A stretch of DNA of 64,000 bases, taken from NCBI RefSeq assembly GCF_009914755.1, contig NC_060942.1. One strand, written 5' to 3'. Both the position numbers and the translations under genes were made by a program. Of this stretch, positions 11,701-26,700 are shown in pieces. Below the pieces are notes generated by a model that saw nothing but the letters and a program-made list of their open reading frames with translations, had not been told where the DNA came from and searched no databases. Origin of the DNA: the human T2T-CHM13v2.0 reference genome, Homo sapiens. Position 1 is the stretch's first letter; each line of letters starts with the position of its first letter.

Positions 11701-14700
11701 AAGGACATATCTTCCCATAAAAACTAGACAGAAGCATTCTCAGAAACTTACTCGTGATGTGTGTCCTCAACTAAAGGAGTAGAACCTTTCTATTCATAGA
11801 GAAGTTTTGAAACGCTCTTTTTGTGGAATCTCCAAGTGGATATTTGGCTAGTTTTGAGGATTTCGTTGGAAGCGGGAATTCATACAAATTGCAGACTGCA
11901 GCGTTCTGAGAAACATCTTTGTGATGTTTGTATTCAGGACACAGAGATGAACATTCCCTATCATAGAGCAGGTTGGAATCACTCCTTTTGTAGTATCTGG
12001 AAGTGGACATTTGGAGCGCTTTCAGGCCTATGTTGAAAAAGGAAATATCTTCCCATAACAACTAGACACAAGCATTCTCAGAAACTTGTTTGTGATGTGT
12101 GCCCTCTACTGACAGAGTTGAACCTTTCTTTTCATAGAGCAGTTTTGAACCACTCTTTTATAGAATCCGCAAGAAGATATTTGCATAGCTTTGAGGATTT
12201 CGTGGGAAACGGGATTGTCTTCAGGTAAAATCTAGACAGAAGCATTCTCAGAAACTTCTTTGGGATGTTTGCATTCAAGTCACAGAGTAGAACATTCCCT
12301 TTGGTAGAGCAGGTTTGAAACACTCTTTTTGTAGTATCTGGAAGTGGACATTTGGAGCGCTTTCAGGCCCATGTTGGAAAGGGAAATATCTTCCCGTAAC
12401 AACTAGGCAGAAGCATTCTCAGAAACTTATTTGAGATGTGTGTACTCAACTAAGAGAATTGAACCACCGTTTTGAAGGAGCAGTTTTGAAACCCTCTTTT
12501 TCTGGAATCTGCAAGAGTATATTTGCCTAGCCTTGAGGATTTCGTTGGAAATGGGATTGTCTTCAGATAAAATCTAGACAGAAGCATTCTCAGAAACTTC
12601 TTTGGGATGTTTGCATTCAAGTCACAGAGTAGAACATTCCCTTTGGTAGAGCAGGTTTGAAACACTCTTTTTTTAGTATATGGAAGTGGACATTAGGAGC
12701 GCTTTCAGGCCTACGTTGGAAAAGGAAATATCTTCCCATAACAACTAGACAGAAGCATTCTCAGAAACTAGTTTCTGATGTGTGTCCTCAACTAACACAG
12801 TTGTATATTTCTTTAGACAGAACAGTTTTGAAACACTCTTTTTGTGGAATCTGCAAGTGGATATTGGGCTAGATTTGAGGATTTCGTTGGAAACGGGATT
12901 ACATATAAAAAGCAGTCAGCAGCATTCTCAGAAAGTTCTTTGTGATGATTGCATTCAAGTCACAGAATTGAACATTCCCTTTCATAGAGCAGGTTTGAAA
13001 CACTCTTTTTGTAGTGTGTGTAAGTGGACATTTGGAGCGCTTTCCGGCCTAAGGTGAAAAAGGACATATCTTCCCATAAAAACTAGACAGAAGCATTCTC
13101 AGAAACTTACTCGTGATGTGTGTCCTCAACTAAAGGAGTAGAACCTTTCTATTCATAGAGAAGTTTTGAAACGCTCTTTTTGTGGAATCTCCAAGTGGAT
13201 ATTTGGCTAGTTTTGAGGATTTCGTTGGAAGCGGGAATTCATACAAATTGCAGACTGCAGCGTTCTGAGAAACATCTTTGAGATGTTTGTATTCAAGACA
13301 CAGAGATGAACATTCCCTATCATAGAGCATGTTGGAATCACTCCTTTTGTAGTATCTGGAAGTGGACATTTGGAGCGCTTTCAGGCCTATGTTGAAAAAG
13401 GAAATATCTTCCCATAACAACTAGACACAAGCATTCTCAGAAACTTGTTTGTGATGTGTGCCCTCTACTGACAGAGTTGAACCTTTCTTTTCATAGAGCA
13501 GTTTTGAAACACTCTTTTTGTAGAATCCGCAAGAGGATATTTGCATAGCTTTGAGGATTTCGTGGGAAACGGGATTGTCTTCAGGTAAAATCTAGACAGA
13601 AGCATTCTCAGAAACTTCTTTGGGATGTTTGCATTCAAGTCACAGAGTAGAACATTCCCTTTGGTAGAGCAGGTTTGAAACACTCTTTTTGTAGTATCTG
13701 GAAGTGGACATTTGGAGCGCTTTCAGGCCCATGTTGGAAAGGGAAATATCTTCCCGTAACAACTAGGCAGAAGCATTCTCAGAAACTTATTTGAGATGTG
13801 TGTACTCAACTAAGAGAATTGAACCACCGTTTTGAAGGAGCAGTTTTGAAACCCTCTTTTTCTGGAATCTGCAAGAGTATATTTGCCTAGCCTTGAGGAT
13901 TTCGTTGGAAACGGGATTGTCTTCAGATAAAATCTAGACAGAAGCATTCTCAGAAACTTCTTTGGGATGTTTGCATTCAAGTCACAGAGTAGAACATTCC
14001 CTTTGGTAGAGCAGGTTTGAAACACTCTTTTTTTAGTATATGGAAGTGGACATTTGGAGCGCTTTCAGGCCTACGTTGTAAAAGGAAATATCTTCCCATA
14101 ACAACTAGACAGAAGCATTCTCAGAAACTAGTTTCTGATGTGTGTCCTCAACTAACACAGTTGTACATTTCTTTATACAGAACAGTTTTGAAACACTCTT
14201 TTTGTGGAATCTGCAAGTGGATATTGGGCTAGATTTGAGGATTTCGTTGGAAACGGGATTACATATAAAAAGCAGACAGCAGCATTCTCAGAAAGTTCTT
14301 TGTGATGATTGCATTCAAGTCACAGAATTGAACATTCCCTTTCACAGAGCAGGTTTGAAACACTCTTTTTGTAGTGTGTGTAAGTGGACATTTGGAGCGC
14401 TTTCCGGCCTAAGGTGAAAAAGGAAATATCTTCCCATAAAAACTAGACAGAAGCATTCTCAGAAACTTACTCGTGATGTGTGTCCTCAACTAAAGGAGTA
14501 GAACCTTTCTATTCATAGAGAAGTTTTGAAACGCTCTTTTTGTGGAATCTCCAAGTGGATATTTGGCTAGTTTTGAGGATTTCGTTGGAAGCGGGAATTC
14601 ATACAAATTGCAGACTGCAGCGTTCTGAGAAACATCTTTGTGATGTTTGTATTCAGGACACAGAGATGAACATTCCCTATCATAGAGCAGGTTGGAATCA

Positions 14701-17700
14701 CTCCTTTTGTAGTATCTGGAAGTGGACATTTGGAGCGCTTTCAGGCCTATGTTGAAAAAGGAAATATCTTCCCATAACAACTAGACACAAGCATTCTCAG
14801 AAACTTGTTTGTGATGTGTGCCCTCTACTGACAGAGTTGAACCTTTCTTTTCATAGAGCAGTTTTGAAACACTCTTTTATAGAATCCGCAAGAGGATATT
14901 TGGATAGCTTTGAGGATTTCGTGGGAAACGGGATTGTCTTCAGGTAAAATCTAGACAGAAGCATTCTCAGAAACTTCTTTGGGATGTTTGCATTCAAGTC
15001 ACAGAGTAGAACATTCCCTTTGGTAGAGCAGGTTTGAAACACTCTTTTTGTAGTATCTGGAAGTGGACATTTGGAGCGCTTTCAGGCCCATGTTGGAAAG
15101 GGAAATATCTTCCCGTAACAACTAGGCAGAAGCATTCTCAGAAACTTATTTGAGATGTGTGTACTCAACTAAGAGAATTGAACCACCGTTTTGAAGGAGC
15201 AGTTTTGAAACCCTCTTTTTCTGGAATCTGCAAGAGTATATTTGCCTAGCCTTGAGGATTTCGTTGGAAACGGGATTGTCTTCAGATAAAATCTAGACAG
15301 AAGCATTCTCAGAAACTTCTTTGGGATGTTTGCATTCAAGTCACTGAGTAGAACATTCCCTTTGGTAGAGCAGGTTTGAAACACTCTTTTTTTAGTATAT
15401 GGAAGTGGACATTTGGAGCGCTTTCAGGCCTACGTTGGAAAAGGAAATATCTTCCCATAACAACTAGACAGAAGCATTCTCAGAAACTAGTTTCTGATGT
15501 GTGTCCTCAACTAACACAGTTGTACATTTCTTTAGACAGAACAGTTTTGAAACACTCTTTTTGTGGAATCTGCAAGTGGATATTGGGCTAGATTTGAGGA
15601 TTTCGTTGGAAACGGGATTACATATAAAAAGCAGACAGCAGAATTCTCAGAAAGTTCTTTGTGATGATTGCATTCAAGTCACAGAATTGAACATTCCCTT
15701 TCACAGAGCAGGTTTGAAACACTCTTTTTGTAGTGTGTGTAAGTGGACATTTGGAGCGCTTTCCGGCCTAAGGTGAAAAAGGAAATATCTTCCCATAAAA
15801 ACTAGACAGAAGCATTCTCAGAAACTTACTCGTGATGTGTGTCCTCAACTAAAGGAGTAGAACCTTTCTATTCATAGAGAAGTTTTGAAACGCTCTTTTT
15901 GTGGAATCTCCAAGTGGATATTTGGCTAGTTTTGAGGATTTCGTTGGAAGCGGGAATTCATCCAAATTGCAGACTGCAGCGTTCTGAGAAACATCTTTGT
16001 GATGTTTGTATTCAGGACACAGAGATGAACATTCCCTATCATAGAGCAGGTTGGAATCACTCCTTTTGTAGTATCTGGAAGTGGACATTTGGAGCGCTTT
16101 GAGGCCTATGTTGAAAAAGGAAATATCTTCCCATAACAACTAGACACAAGCATTCTCAGAAACTTGTTTGTGATGTGTGCCCTCTACTGACAGAGTTGAA
16201 CCTTTCTTTTCATAGAGCAGTTTTGAAACACTCTTTTTGTAGAATCCGCAAGAGGATATTTGCATAGCTTTGAGGATTTCGTGGGAAACGGGATTGTCTT
16301 CAGGTAAAATCTAGAAAGAAGCATTCTCAGAAACTTCTTTGGGATGTTTGCATTCAAGTCACAGAGTAGAACATTCCCTTTGGTAGAGCAGGTTTGAAAC
16401 ACTCTTTTTGTAGTATCTGGAAGTGGACATTTGGAGCGCTTTCAGGCCCATGTTGGAAAGGGAAATATCTTCCCGTAACAACTAGGCAGAAGCATTCTCA
16501 GAAACTTATTTGAGATGTGTGTACTCAAGTAAGAGAACTGAACCACCGTTTTGAAGGAGCAGTTTTGAAACCCTCTTTTTCTGGAATCTGCAAGAGTATA
16601 TTTGCCTAGCCTTGAGGATTTCGTTGGAAACGGGATTGTCTTCAGATAAAATCTAGACAGAAGCATTCTCAGAAACTTCTTTGGGATGTTTGCATTCAAG
16701 TCACAGAGTAGAACATTCCCTTTGGTAGAGCAGGTTTGAAACACTCTTTTTTTAGTATATGGAAGTGGACATTTGGAGCGCTTTCAGGCCTACGTTGGAA
16801 AAGGAAATATCTTCCCATAACAACTAGACAGAAGCATTCTCAGAAACTAGTTTCTGATGTGTGTCCTCAACTAACACAGTTGAACTTTTCTTTAGACAGA
16901 ACAGTTTTGAAACACTCTTTTTGTGGAATCTGCAAGTGGATATTGGGCTAGATTTGAGGATTTCGTTGGAAACGGGATTACATATAAAAAGCAGACAGCA
17001 GCATTCTCAGAAAGTTCTTTGTGATGATTGCATTCAAGTCACAGAATTGAACATTCCCTTTCACAGAGCAGGTTTGAAACACTCTTTTTGTAGTGTGTGT
17101 AAGTGGACATTTGGAGCGCTTTCCGGCCTAAGGTGAAAAAGGAAATATCTTCCCATAAAAACTAGACAGAAGCATTCTCAGAAACTTACTCGTGATGTGT
17201 GTCCTCAACTAAAGGAGTAGAACCTTTCTATTCATAGAGAAGTTTTGAAACGCTCTTTTTGTGGAATCTCCAAGTGGATATTTGGCTAGTTTTGAGGATT
17301 TCGTTGGAAGCGGGAATTCATACAAATTGCAGACTGCAGCGTTCTGAGAAACATCTTTGTGATGTTTGTATTCAGGACACAGAGATGAACATTCCCTATC
17401 ATAGAGCAGGTTGGAATCACTCCTTTTGTAGTATCTGGAAGTGGACATTTGGAGCGCTTTCAGGCCTATGTTGAAAAAGGAAATATCTTCCCATAACAAC
17501 TAGACACAAGCATTCTCAGAAACTTGTTTGTGATGTGTGCCCTCTACTGACAGAGTTGAACCTTTCTTTTCATAGAGCAGTTTTGAAACACTCTTTTATA
17601 GAATCCGCAAGAGGATATTTGCATAGCTTTGAGGATTTCGTGGGAAACGGGATTGTCTTCAGGTAAAATCTAGACAGAAGCATTCTCAGAAACTTCTTTG

Positions 17701-20700
17701 GGATGTTTGCATTCAAGTCACAGAGTAGAACATTCCCTTTGGTAGAGCAGGTTTGAAACACTCTTTTTGTAGTATCTGGAAGTGGACATTTGGAGCGCTT
17801 TCAGGCCCATGTTGGAAAGGGAAATATCTTCCCGTAACAACTAGGCAGAAGCATTCTCAGAAACTTATTTGAGATGTGTGTACTCAACTAAGAGAATTGA
17901 ACCACCGTTTTGAAGGAGCAGTTTTGAAACCCTCTTTTTCTGGAATCTGCAAGAGTATATTTGCCTAGCCTTGAGGATTTCGTTGGAAACGGGATTGTCT
18001 TCAGATAAAATCTAGACAGAAGCATTCTCAGAAACTTCTTTGGGATGTTTGCATTCAAGTCACAGAGTAGAACATTCCCTTTGGTAGAGCAGGTTTGAAA
18101 CACTCTTTTTTTAGTATATGGAAGTGGACATTTGGAGCGCTTTCAGGCCTACGTTGGAAAAGGAAATATCTTCCCATAACAACTAGACAGAAGCATTCTC
18201 AGAAACTAGTTTCTGATGTGTGTCCTCAACTAACACAGTTGTACATTTCTTTAGACAGAACAGTTTTGAAACACTCTTTTTGTGGAATCTGCAAGTGGAT
18301 ATTGGGCTAGATTTGAGGATTTCGTTGGAAACGGGATTACATATAAAAAGCAGACAGCAGAATTCTCAGAAAGTTCTTTGTGATGATTGCATTCAAGTCA
18401 CAGAATTGAACATTCCCTTTCACAGAGCTGGTTTGAAACACTCTTTTTGTAGTGTGTGTAAGTGGACATTTGGAGCGCTTTCCGGCCTAAGGTGAAAAAG
18501 GAAATATCTTCCCATAAAAACTAGACAGAAGCATTCTCAGAAACTTACTCGTGATGTGTGTCCTCAACTAAAGGAGTAGAACCTTTCTATTCATAGAGAA
18601 GTTTTGAAACGCTCTTTTTGTGGAATCTCCAAGTGGATATTTGGCTAGTTTTGAGGATTTCGTTGGAAGCGGGAATTCATACAAATTGCAGACTGCAGCG
18701 TTCTGAGAAACATCTTTGTGATGTTTGTATTCAGGACACAGAGATGAACATTCCCTATCATAGAGCAGGTTGGAATCACTCCTTTTGTAGTATCTGGAAG
18801 TGGACATTTGGAGCGCTTTCAGGCCTATGTTGAAAAAGGAAATATCTTCCCATAACAACTAGACACAAGCATTCTCAGAAACTTGTTTGTGATGTGTGCC
18901 CTCTACTGACAGAGTTGAACCTTTCTTTTCATAGAGCAGTTTTGAAACACTCTTTTTGTAGAATCCGCAAGAGGATATTTGCATAGCTTTGAGGATTTCG
19001 TGGGAAACGGGATTGTCTTCAGGTAAAATCTAGAAAGAAGCATTCTCAGAAACTTCTTTGGGATGTTTGCATTCAAGTCACAGACTAGAACATTCCCTTT
19101 GGTAGAGCAGGTTTGAAACACTCTTTTTGTAGTATCTGGAAGTGGACATTTGGAGCGCTTTCAGGCCCATGTTGGAAAGGGAAATATCTTCCCGTAACAA
19201 CTAGGCAGAAGCATTCTCAGAAACTTATTTGAGATGTGTGTACTCAAGTAAGAGAACTGAACCACCGTTTTGAAGGAGCAGTTTTGAAACACTCTTTTTC
19301 TGGAATCTGCAAGAGTATATTTGCCTAGCCTTGAGGATTTCGTTGGAAACGGGATTGTCTTCAGATAAAATCTAGACAGAAGCATTCTCAGAAACTTCTT
19401 TGGGATGTTTGCATTCAAGTCACAGAGTAGAACATTCCCTTTGGTAGAGCAGGTTTGAAACACTCTTTTTTTAGTATATGGAAGTGGACATTTGGAGCGC
19501 TTTCAGGCCTACGTTGGAAAAGGAAATATCTTCCCATAACAACTAGACAGAAGCATTCTCAGAATCTAGTTTCTGATGTGTGTCCTCAACTAACACAGTT
19601 GAACTTTTCTTTAGACAGAACAGTTTTGAAACACTCTTTTTGTGGAATCTGCAAGTGGATATTGGGCTAGATTTGAGGATTTCGTTGGAAACGGGATTAC
19701 ATATAAAAAGCAGACAGCAGCATTCTCAGAAAGTTCTTTGTGATGATTGCATTCAAGTCACAGAATTGAACATTCCCTTTCACAGAGCTGGTTTGAAACA
19801 CTCTTTTTGTAGTGTGTGTAAGTGGACATTTGGAGCGCTTTCCGGCCTAAGGTGAAAAAGGAAATATCTTCCCATAAAAACTAGACAGAAGCATTCTCAG
19901 AAACTTACTCGTGATGTGTGTCCTCAACTAAAGGAGTAGAACCTTTCTATTCATAGAGAAGTTTTGAAACGCTCTTTTTGTGGAATCTCCAAGTGGATAT
20001 TTGGCTAGTTTTGAGGATTTCGTTGGAAGCGGGAATTCATACAAATTGCAGACTGCAGCGTTCTGAGAAACATCTTTGTGATGTTTGTATTCAGGACACA
20101 GAGATGAACATTCCCTATCATAGAGCAGGTTGGAATCACTCCTTTTGTAGTATCTGGAAGTGGACATTTGGAGCGCTTTCAGGCCTATGTTGAAAAAGGA
20201 AATATCTTCCCATAACAACTAGACACAAGCATTCTCAGAAACTTGTTTGTGATGTGTGCCCTCTACTGACAGAGTTGAACCTTTCTTTTCATAGAGCAGT
20301 TTTGAAACACTCTTTTTGTAGAATCCGCAAGAGGATATTTGCATAGCTTTGAGGATTTCGTGGGAAACGGGATTGTCTTCAGGTAAAATCTAGAAAGAAG
20401 CATTCTCAGAAACTTCTTTGGGATGTTTGCATTCAAGTCACAGAGTAGAACATTCCCTTTGGTAGAGCAGGTTTGAAACACTCTTTTTGTAGTATCTGGA
20501 AGTGGACATTTGGAGCGCTTTCAGGCCCATGTTGGAAAGGGAAATATCTTCCCGTAACAACTAGGCAGAAGCATTCTCAGAAACTTATTTGAGATGTGTG
20601 TACTCAAGTAAGAGAACTGAACCACCGTTTTGAAGGAGCAGTTTTGAAACACTCTTTTTCTGGAATCTGCAAGAGTATATTTGCCTAGCCTTGAGGATTT

Positions 20701-23700
20701 CGTTGGAAACGGGATTGTCTTCAGATAAAATCTAGACAGAAGCATTCTCAGAAACTTCTTTGGGATGTTTGCATTCAAGTCACAGAGTAGAACATTCCCT
20801 TTGGTAGAGCAGGTTTGAAACACTCTTTTTTTAGTATATGGAAGTGGACATTTGGAGCGCTTTCAGGCCTACGTTGGAAAAGGAAATATCTTCCCATAAC
20901 AACTAGACAGAAGCATTCTCAGAAACTAGTTTCTGATGTGTGTCCTCAACTAACACAGTTGTACATTTCTTTAGACAGAACAGTTTTGAAACACTCTTTT
21001 TGTGGAATCTGCAAGTGGATATTGGGCTAGATTTGAGGATTTCGTTGGAAACGGGATTACATATAAAAAGCAGACAGCAGCATTCTCAGAAAGTTCTTTG
21101 TGATGATTGCATTCAAGTCACAGAATTGAACATTCCCTTTCACAGAGCAGGTTTGAAACACTCTTTTTGTAGTGTGTGTAAGTGGACATTTGGAGCGCTT
21201 TCCGGCCTAAGGTGAAAAAGGAAATATCTTCCCATAAAAACTAGACAGAAGCATTCTCAGAAACTTACTCGTGATGTGTGTCCTCAACTAAAGGAGTAGA
21301 ACCTTTCTATTCATAGAGAAGTTTTGAAACGCTCTTTTTGTGGAATCTCCAAGTGGATATTTGGCTAGTTTTGAGGATTTCGTTGGAAGCGGGAATTCAT
21401 ACAAATTGCAGACTGCAGCGTTCTGAGAAACATCTTTGTGATGTTTGTATTCAGGACACAGAGATGAACATTCCCTATCATAGAGCAGGTTGGAATCACT
21501 CCTTTTGTAGTATCTGGAAGTGGACATTTGGAGCGCTTTCAGGCCTATGTTGAAAAAGGAAATATCTTCCCATAACAACTAGACACAAGCATTCTCAGAA
21601 ACTTGTTTGTGATGTGTGCCCTCTACTGACAGAGTTGAACCTTTCTTTTCATAGAGCAGTTTTGAAACACTCTTTTATAGAATCCGCAAGAGGATATTTG
21701 CATAGCTTTGAGGATTTCGTGGGAAACGGGATTGTCTTCAGGTAAAATCTAGACAGAAGCATTCTCAGAAACTTCTTTGGGATGTTTGCATTCAAGTCAC
21801 AGAGTAGAACATTCCCTTTGGTAGAGCAGGTTTGAAACACTCTTTTTGTAGTATCTGGAAGTGGACATTTGGAGCGCTTTCAGGCCCATGTTGGAAAGGG
21901 AAATATCTTCCCGTAACAACTAGGCAGAAGCATTCTCAGAAACTTATTTGAGATGTGTGTACTCAAGTAAGAGAACTGAACCACCGTTTTGAAGGGGCAG
22001 TTTTGAAACACTCTTTTTCTGGAATCTGCAAGAGTATATTTGCCTAGCCTTGAGGATTTCGTTGGAAACGGGATTGTCTTCAGATAAAATCTAGACAGAA
22101 GCATTCTCAGAAACTTCTTTGGGATGTTTGCATTCAAGTCACAGAGTAGAACATTCCCTTTGGTAGAGCAGGTTTGAAACACTCTTTTTTTAGTATATGG
22201 AAGTGGACATTTGGAGCGCTTTCAGGCCTACGTTGGAAAAGGAAATATCTTCCCATAACAACTAGACAGAAGCATTCTCAGAAACTAGTTTCTGATGTGT
22301 GTCCTCAACTAACACAGTTGTACATTTCTTTATACAGAACAGTTTTGAAACACTCTTTTTGTGGAATCTGCAAGTGGATATTGGGCTAGATTTGAGGATT
22401 TCGTTGGAAACGGGATTACATATAAAAAGCAGTCAGCAGCATTCTCAGAAAGTTCTTTGTGATGATTGCATTCAAGTCACAGAATTGAACATTCCCTTTC
22501 ATAGAGCAGGTTTGAAACACTCTTTTTGTAGTGTGTGTAAGTGGACATTTGGAGCGCTTTCCGGCCTAAGGTGAAAAAGGACATATCTTCCCATAATAAC
22601 TAGACAGAAGCATTCTCAGAAACTTACTCGTGATGTGTGTCCTCAACTAAAGGAGTAGAACCTTTCTATTCATAGAGAAGTTTTGAAACGCTCTTTTTGT
22701 GGAATCTCCAAGTGGATATTTGGCTAGTTTTGAGGATTTCGTTGGAAGCGGGAATTCATACAAATTGCAGACTGCAGCGTTCTGAGAAACATCTTTGAAA
22801 TGTTTGTATTCAAGACACAGAGATGAACATTCCCTATCATAGAGCATGTTGGAATCACTCCTTTTGTAGTATCTGGAAGTGGACATTTGGAGCGCTTTCA
22901 GGCCTATGTTGAAAAAGGAAATATCTTCCCATAACAACTAGACACAAGCATTCTCAGAAACTTGTTTGTGATGTGTGCCCTCTACTGACAGAGTTGAACC
23001 TTTCTTTTCATAGAGCAGTTTTGAAACACTCTTTTATAGAATCCGCAAGAGGATATTTGCATAGCTTTGAGGATTTCGTGGGAAACGGGATTGTCTTCAG
23101 GTAAAATCTAGACAGAAGCATTCTCAGAAACTTCTTTGGGATGTTTGCATTCAAGTCACAGAGTAGAACATTCCCTTTGGTAGAGCAGGTTTGAAACACT
23201 CTTTTTGTAGTATCTGGAAGTGGACATTTGGAGCGCTTTCAGACCCATGTTGGAAAGGGAAATATCTTCCCGTAACAACTAGGCAGAAGCATTCTCAGAA
23301 ACTTATTTGAGATGTGTGTACTCAACTAAGAGAATTGAACCACCGTTTTGAAGGAGCAGTTTTGAAACCCTCTTTTTCTGGAATCTGCAAGAGTATATTT
23401 GCCTAGCCTTTAGGATTTCGTTGGAAACGGGATTGTCTTCAGATAAAATCTAGACAGAAGCATTCTCAGAAACTTCTTTGGGATGTTTGCATTCAAGTCA
23501 CAGAGTAGAACATTCCCTTTGGTAGAGCAGGTTTGAAACACTCTTTTTTTAGTATATGGAAGTGGACATTTGGAGCGCTTTCAGGCCTACGTTGGAAAAG
23601 GAAATATCTTCCCATAACAACTAGACAGAAGCATTCTCAGAAACTAGTTTCTGATGTGTGTCCTCAACTAACACAGTTGTACATTTCTTTAGACAGAACA

Positions 23701-26700
23701 GTTTTGAAACACTCTTTTTGTGGAATCTGCAAGTGGATATTGGGCTAGATTTGAGGATTTCGTTGGAAACGGGATTACATATAAAAAGCAGACAGCAGCA
23801 TTCTCAGAAAGTTCTTTGTGATGATTGCATTCAAGTCACAGAATTGAACATTCCCTTTCACAGAGCAGGTTTGAAACACTCTTTTTGTAGTGTGTGTAAG
23901 TGGACATTTGGAGCGCTTTCCGGCCTAAGGTGAAAAAGGAAATATCTTCCCATAAAAACTAGACAGAAGCATTCTCAGAAACTTACTCGTGATGTGTGTC
24001 CTCAACTAAAGGAGTAGAACCTTTCTATTCATAGAGAAGTTTTGAAACGCTCTTTTTGTGGAATCTCCAAGTGGATATTTGGCTAGTCTTGAGGATTTCG
24101 TTGGAAGCGGGAATTCATACAAATTGCAGACTGCAGCGTTCTGAGAAACATCTTTGTGATGTTTGTATTCAGGACACAGAGATGAACATTCCCTATCATA
24201 GAGCAGGTTGGAATCACTCCTTTTGTAGTATCTGGAAGTGGACATTTGGAGCGCTTTCAGGCCTATGTTGAAAAAGGAAATATCTTCCCATAACAACTAG
24301 ACACAAGCATTCTCAGAAACTTGTTTGTGATGTGTGCCCTCTACTGACAGAGTTGAACCTTTCTTTTCATAGAGCAGTTTTGAAACACTCTTTTTGTAGA
24401 ATCCGCAAGAGGATATTTGCATAGCTTTGAGGATTTCGTGGGAAACGGGATTGTCTTCAGGTAAAATCTAGAAAGAAGCATTCTCAGAAACTTCTTTGGG
24501 ATGTTTGCATTCAAGTCACAGAGTAGAACATTCCCTTTGGTAGAGCAGGTTTGAAACACTCTTTTTGTAGTATCTGGAAGTGGACATTTGGAGCGCTTTC
24601 AGGCCCATGTTGGAAAGGGAAATATCTTCCCGTAACAACTAGGCAGAAGCATTCTCAGAAACTTATTTGAGATGTGTGTACTCAAGTAAGAGAACTGAAC
24701 CACCGTTTTGAAGGAGCAGTTTTGAAACACTCTTTTTCTGGAATCTGCAAGAGTATATTTGCCTAGCCTTGAGGATTTCGTTGGAAACGGGATTGTCTTC
24801 AGATAAAATCTAGACAGAAGCATTCTCAGAAACTTCTTTGGGATGTTTGCATTCAAGTCACAGAGTAGAACATTCCCTTTGGTAGAGCAGGTTTGAAACA
24901 CTCTTTTTTTAGTATATGGAAGTGGACATTTGGAGCGCTTTCAGGCCTACGTTGGAAAAGGAAATATCTTCCCATAACAACTAGACAGAAGCATTCTCAG
25001 AAACTAGTTTCTGATGTGTGTCCTCAACTAACACAGTTGAACTTTTCTTTAGACAGAACAGTTTTGAAACACTCTTTTTGTGGAATCTGCAAGTGGATAT
25101 TGGGCTAGATTTGAGGATTTCGTTGGAAACGGGATTACATATAAAAAGCAGACAGCAGCATTCTCAGAAAGTTCTTTGTGATGATTGCATTCAAGTCACA
25201 GAATTGAACATTCCCTTTCACAGAGCAGGTTTGAAACACTCTTTTTGTAGTGTGTGTAAGTGGACATTTGGAGCGCTTTCCGGCCTAAGGTGAAAAAGGA
25301 AATATCTTCCCATAAAAACTAGACAGAAGCATTCTCAGAAACTTACTCGTGATGTGTGTCCTCAACTAAAGGAGTAGAACCTTTCTATTCATAGAGAAGT
25401 TTTGAAACGCTCTTTTTGTGGAATCTCCAAGTGGATATTTGGCTAGTTTTGAGGATTTCGTTGGAAGCGGGAATTCATACAAATTGCAGACTGCAGCGTT
25501 CTGAGAAACATCTTTGTGATGTTTGTATTCAGGACACAGAGATGAACATTCCCTATCATAGAGCAGGTTGGAATCACTCCTTTTGTAGTATCTGGAAGTG
25601 GACATTTGGAGCGCTTTCAGGCCTATGTTGAAAAAGGAAATATCTTCCCATAACAACTAGACACAAGCATTCTCAGAAACTTGTTTGTGATGTGTGCCCT
25701 CTACTGACAGAGTTGAACCTTTCTTTTCATAGAGCAGTTTTGAAACACTCTTTTATAGAATCCGCAAGAGGATATTTGCATAGCTTTGAGGATTTCGTGG
25801 GAAACGGGATTGTCTTCAGGTAAAATCTAGACAGAAGCATTCTCAGAAACTTCTTTGGGATGTTTGCATTCAAGTCACAGAGTAGAACATTCCCTTTGGT
25901 AGAGCAGGTTTGAAACACTCTTTTTGTAGTATCTGGAAGTGGACATTTGGAGCGCTTTCAGGCCCATGTTGGAAAGGGAAATATCTTCCCGTAACAACTA
26001 GGCAGAAGCATTCTCAGAAACTTATTTGAGATGTGTGTACTCAAGTAAGAGAACTGAACCACCGTTTTGAAGGAGCAGTTTTGAAACACTCTTTTTCTGG
26101 AATCTGCAAGAGTATATTTGCCTAGCCTTGAGGATTTCGTTGGAAACGGGATTGTCTTCAGATAAAATCTAGACAGAAGCATTCTCAGAAACTTCTTTGG
26201 GATGTTTGCATTCAAGTCACAGAGTAGAACATTCCCTTTGGTAGAGCAGGTTTGAAACACTCTTTTTTTAGTATATGGAAGTGGACATTTGGAGCGCTTT
26301 CAGGCCTACGTTGGAAAAGGAAATATCTTCCCATAACAACTAGACAGAAGCATTCTCAGAAACTAGTTTCTGATGTGTGTCCTCAACTAACACAGTTGTA
26401 CATTTCTTTATACAGAACAGTTTTGAAACACTCTTTTTGTGGAATCTGCAAGTGGATATTGGGCTAGATTTGAGGATTTCGTTGGAAACGGGATTACATA
26501 TAAAAAGCAGTCAGCAGCATTCTCAGAAAGTTCTTTGTGATGATTGCATTCAAGTCACAGAATTGAACATTCCCTTTCATAGAGCAGGTTTGAAACACTC
26601 TTTTTGTAGTGTGTGTAAGTGGACATTTGGAGCGCTTTCCGGCCTAAGGTGAAAAAGGACATATCTTCCCATAATAACTAGACAGAAGCATTCTCAGAAA

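Larger units (their letters stand above)
1..16763 (+). repeat. Copy 1 of a recent multi-HOR segmental duplication
   Basis: Rare variants recur in the same order at +44520 (e.g. GAAGGAGTAG 247, AAACGTGA 1680, ACATATGG 5215) and then at +47238/47237 (CGTTAGAAG 10509, AAATGGGA 12552, CTTTGAGGCC 16101). Confidence 0.93.
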
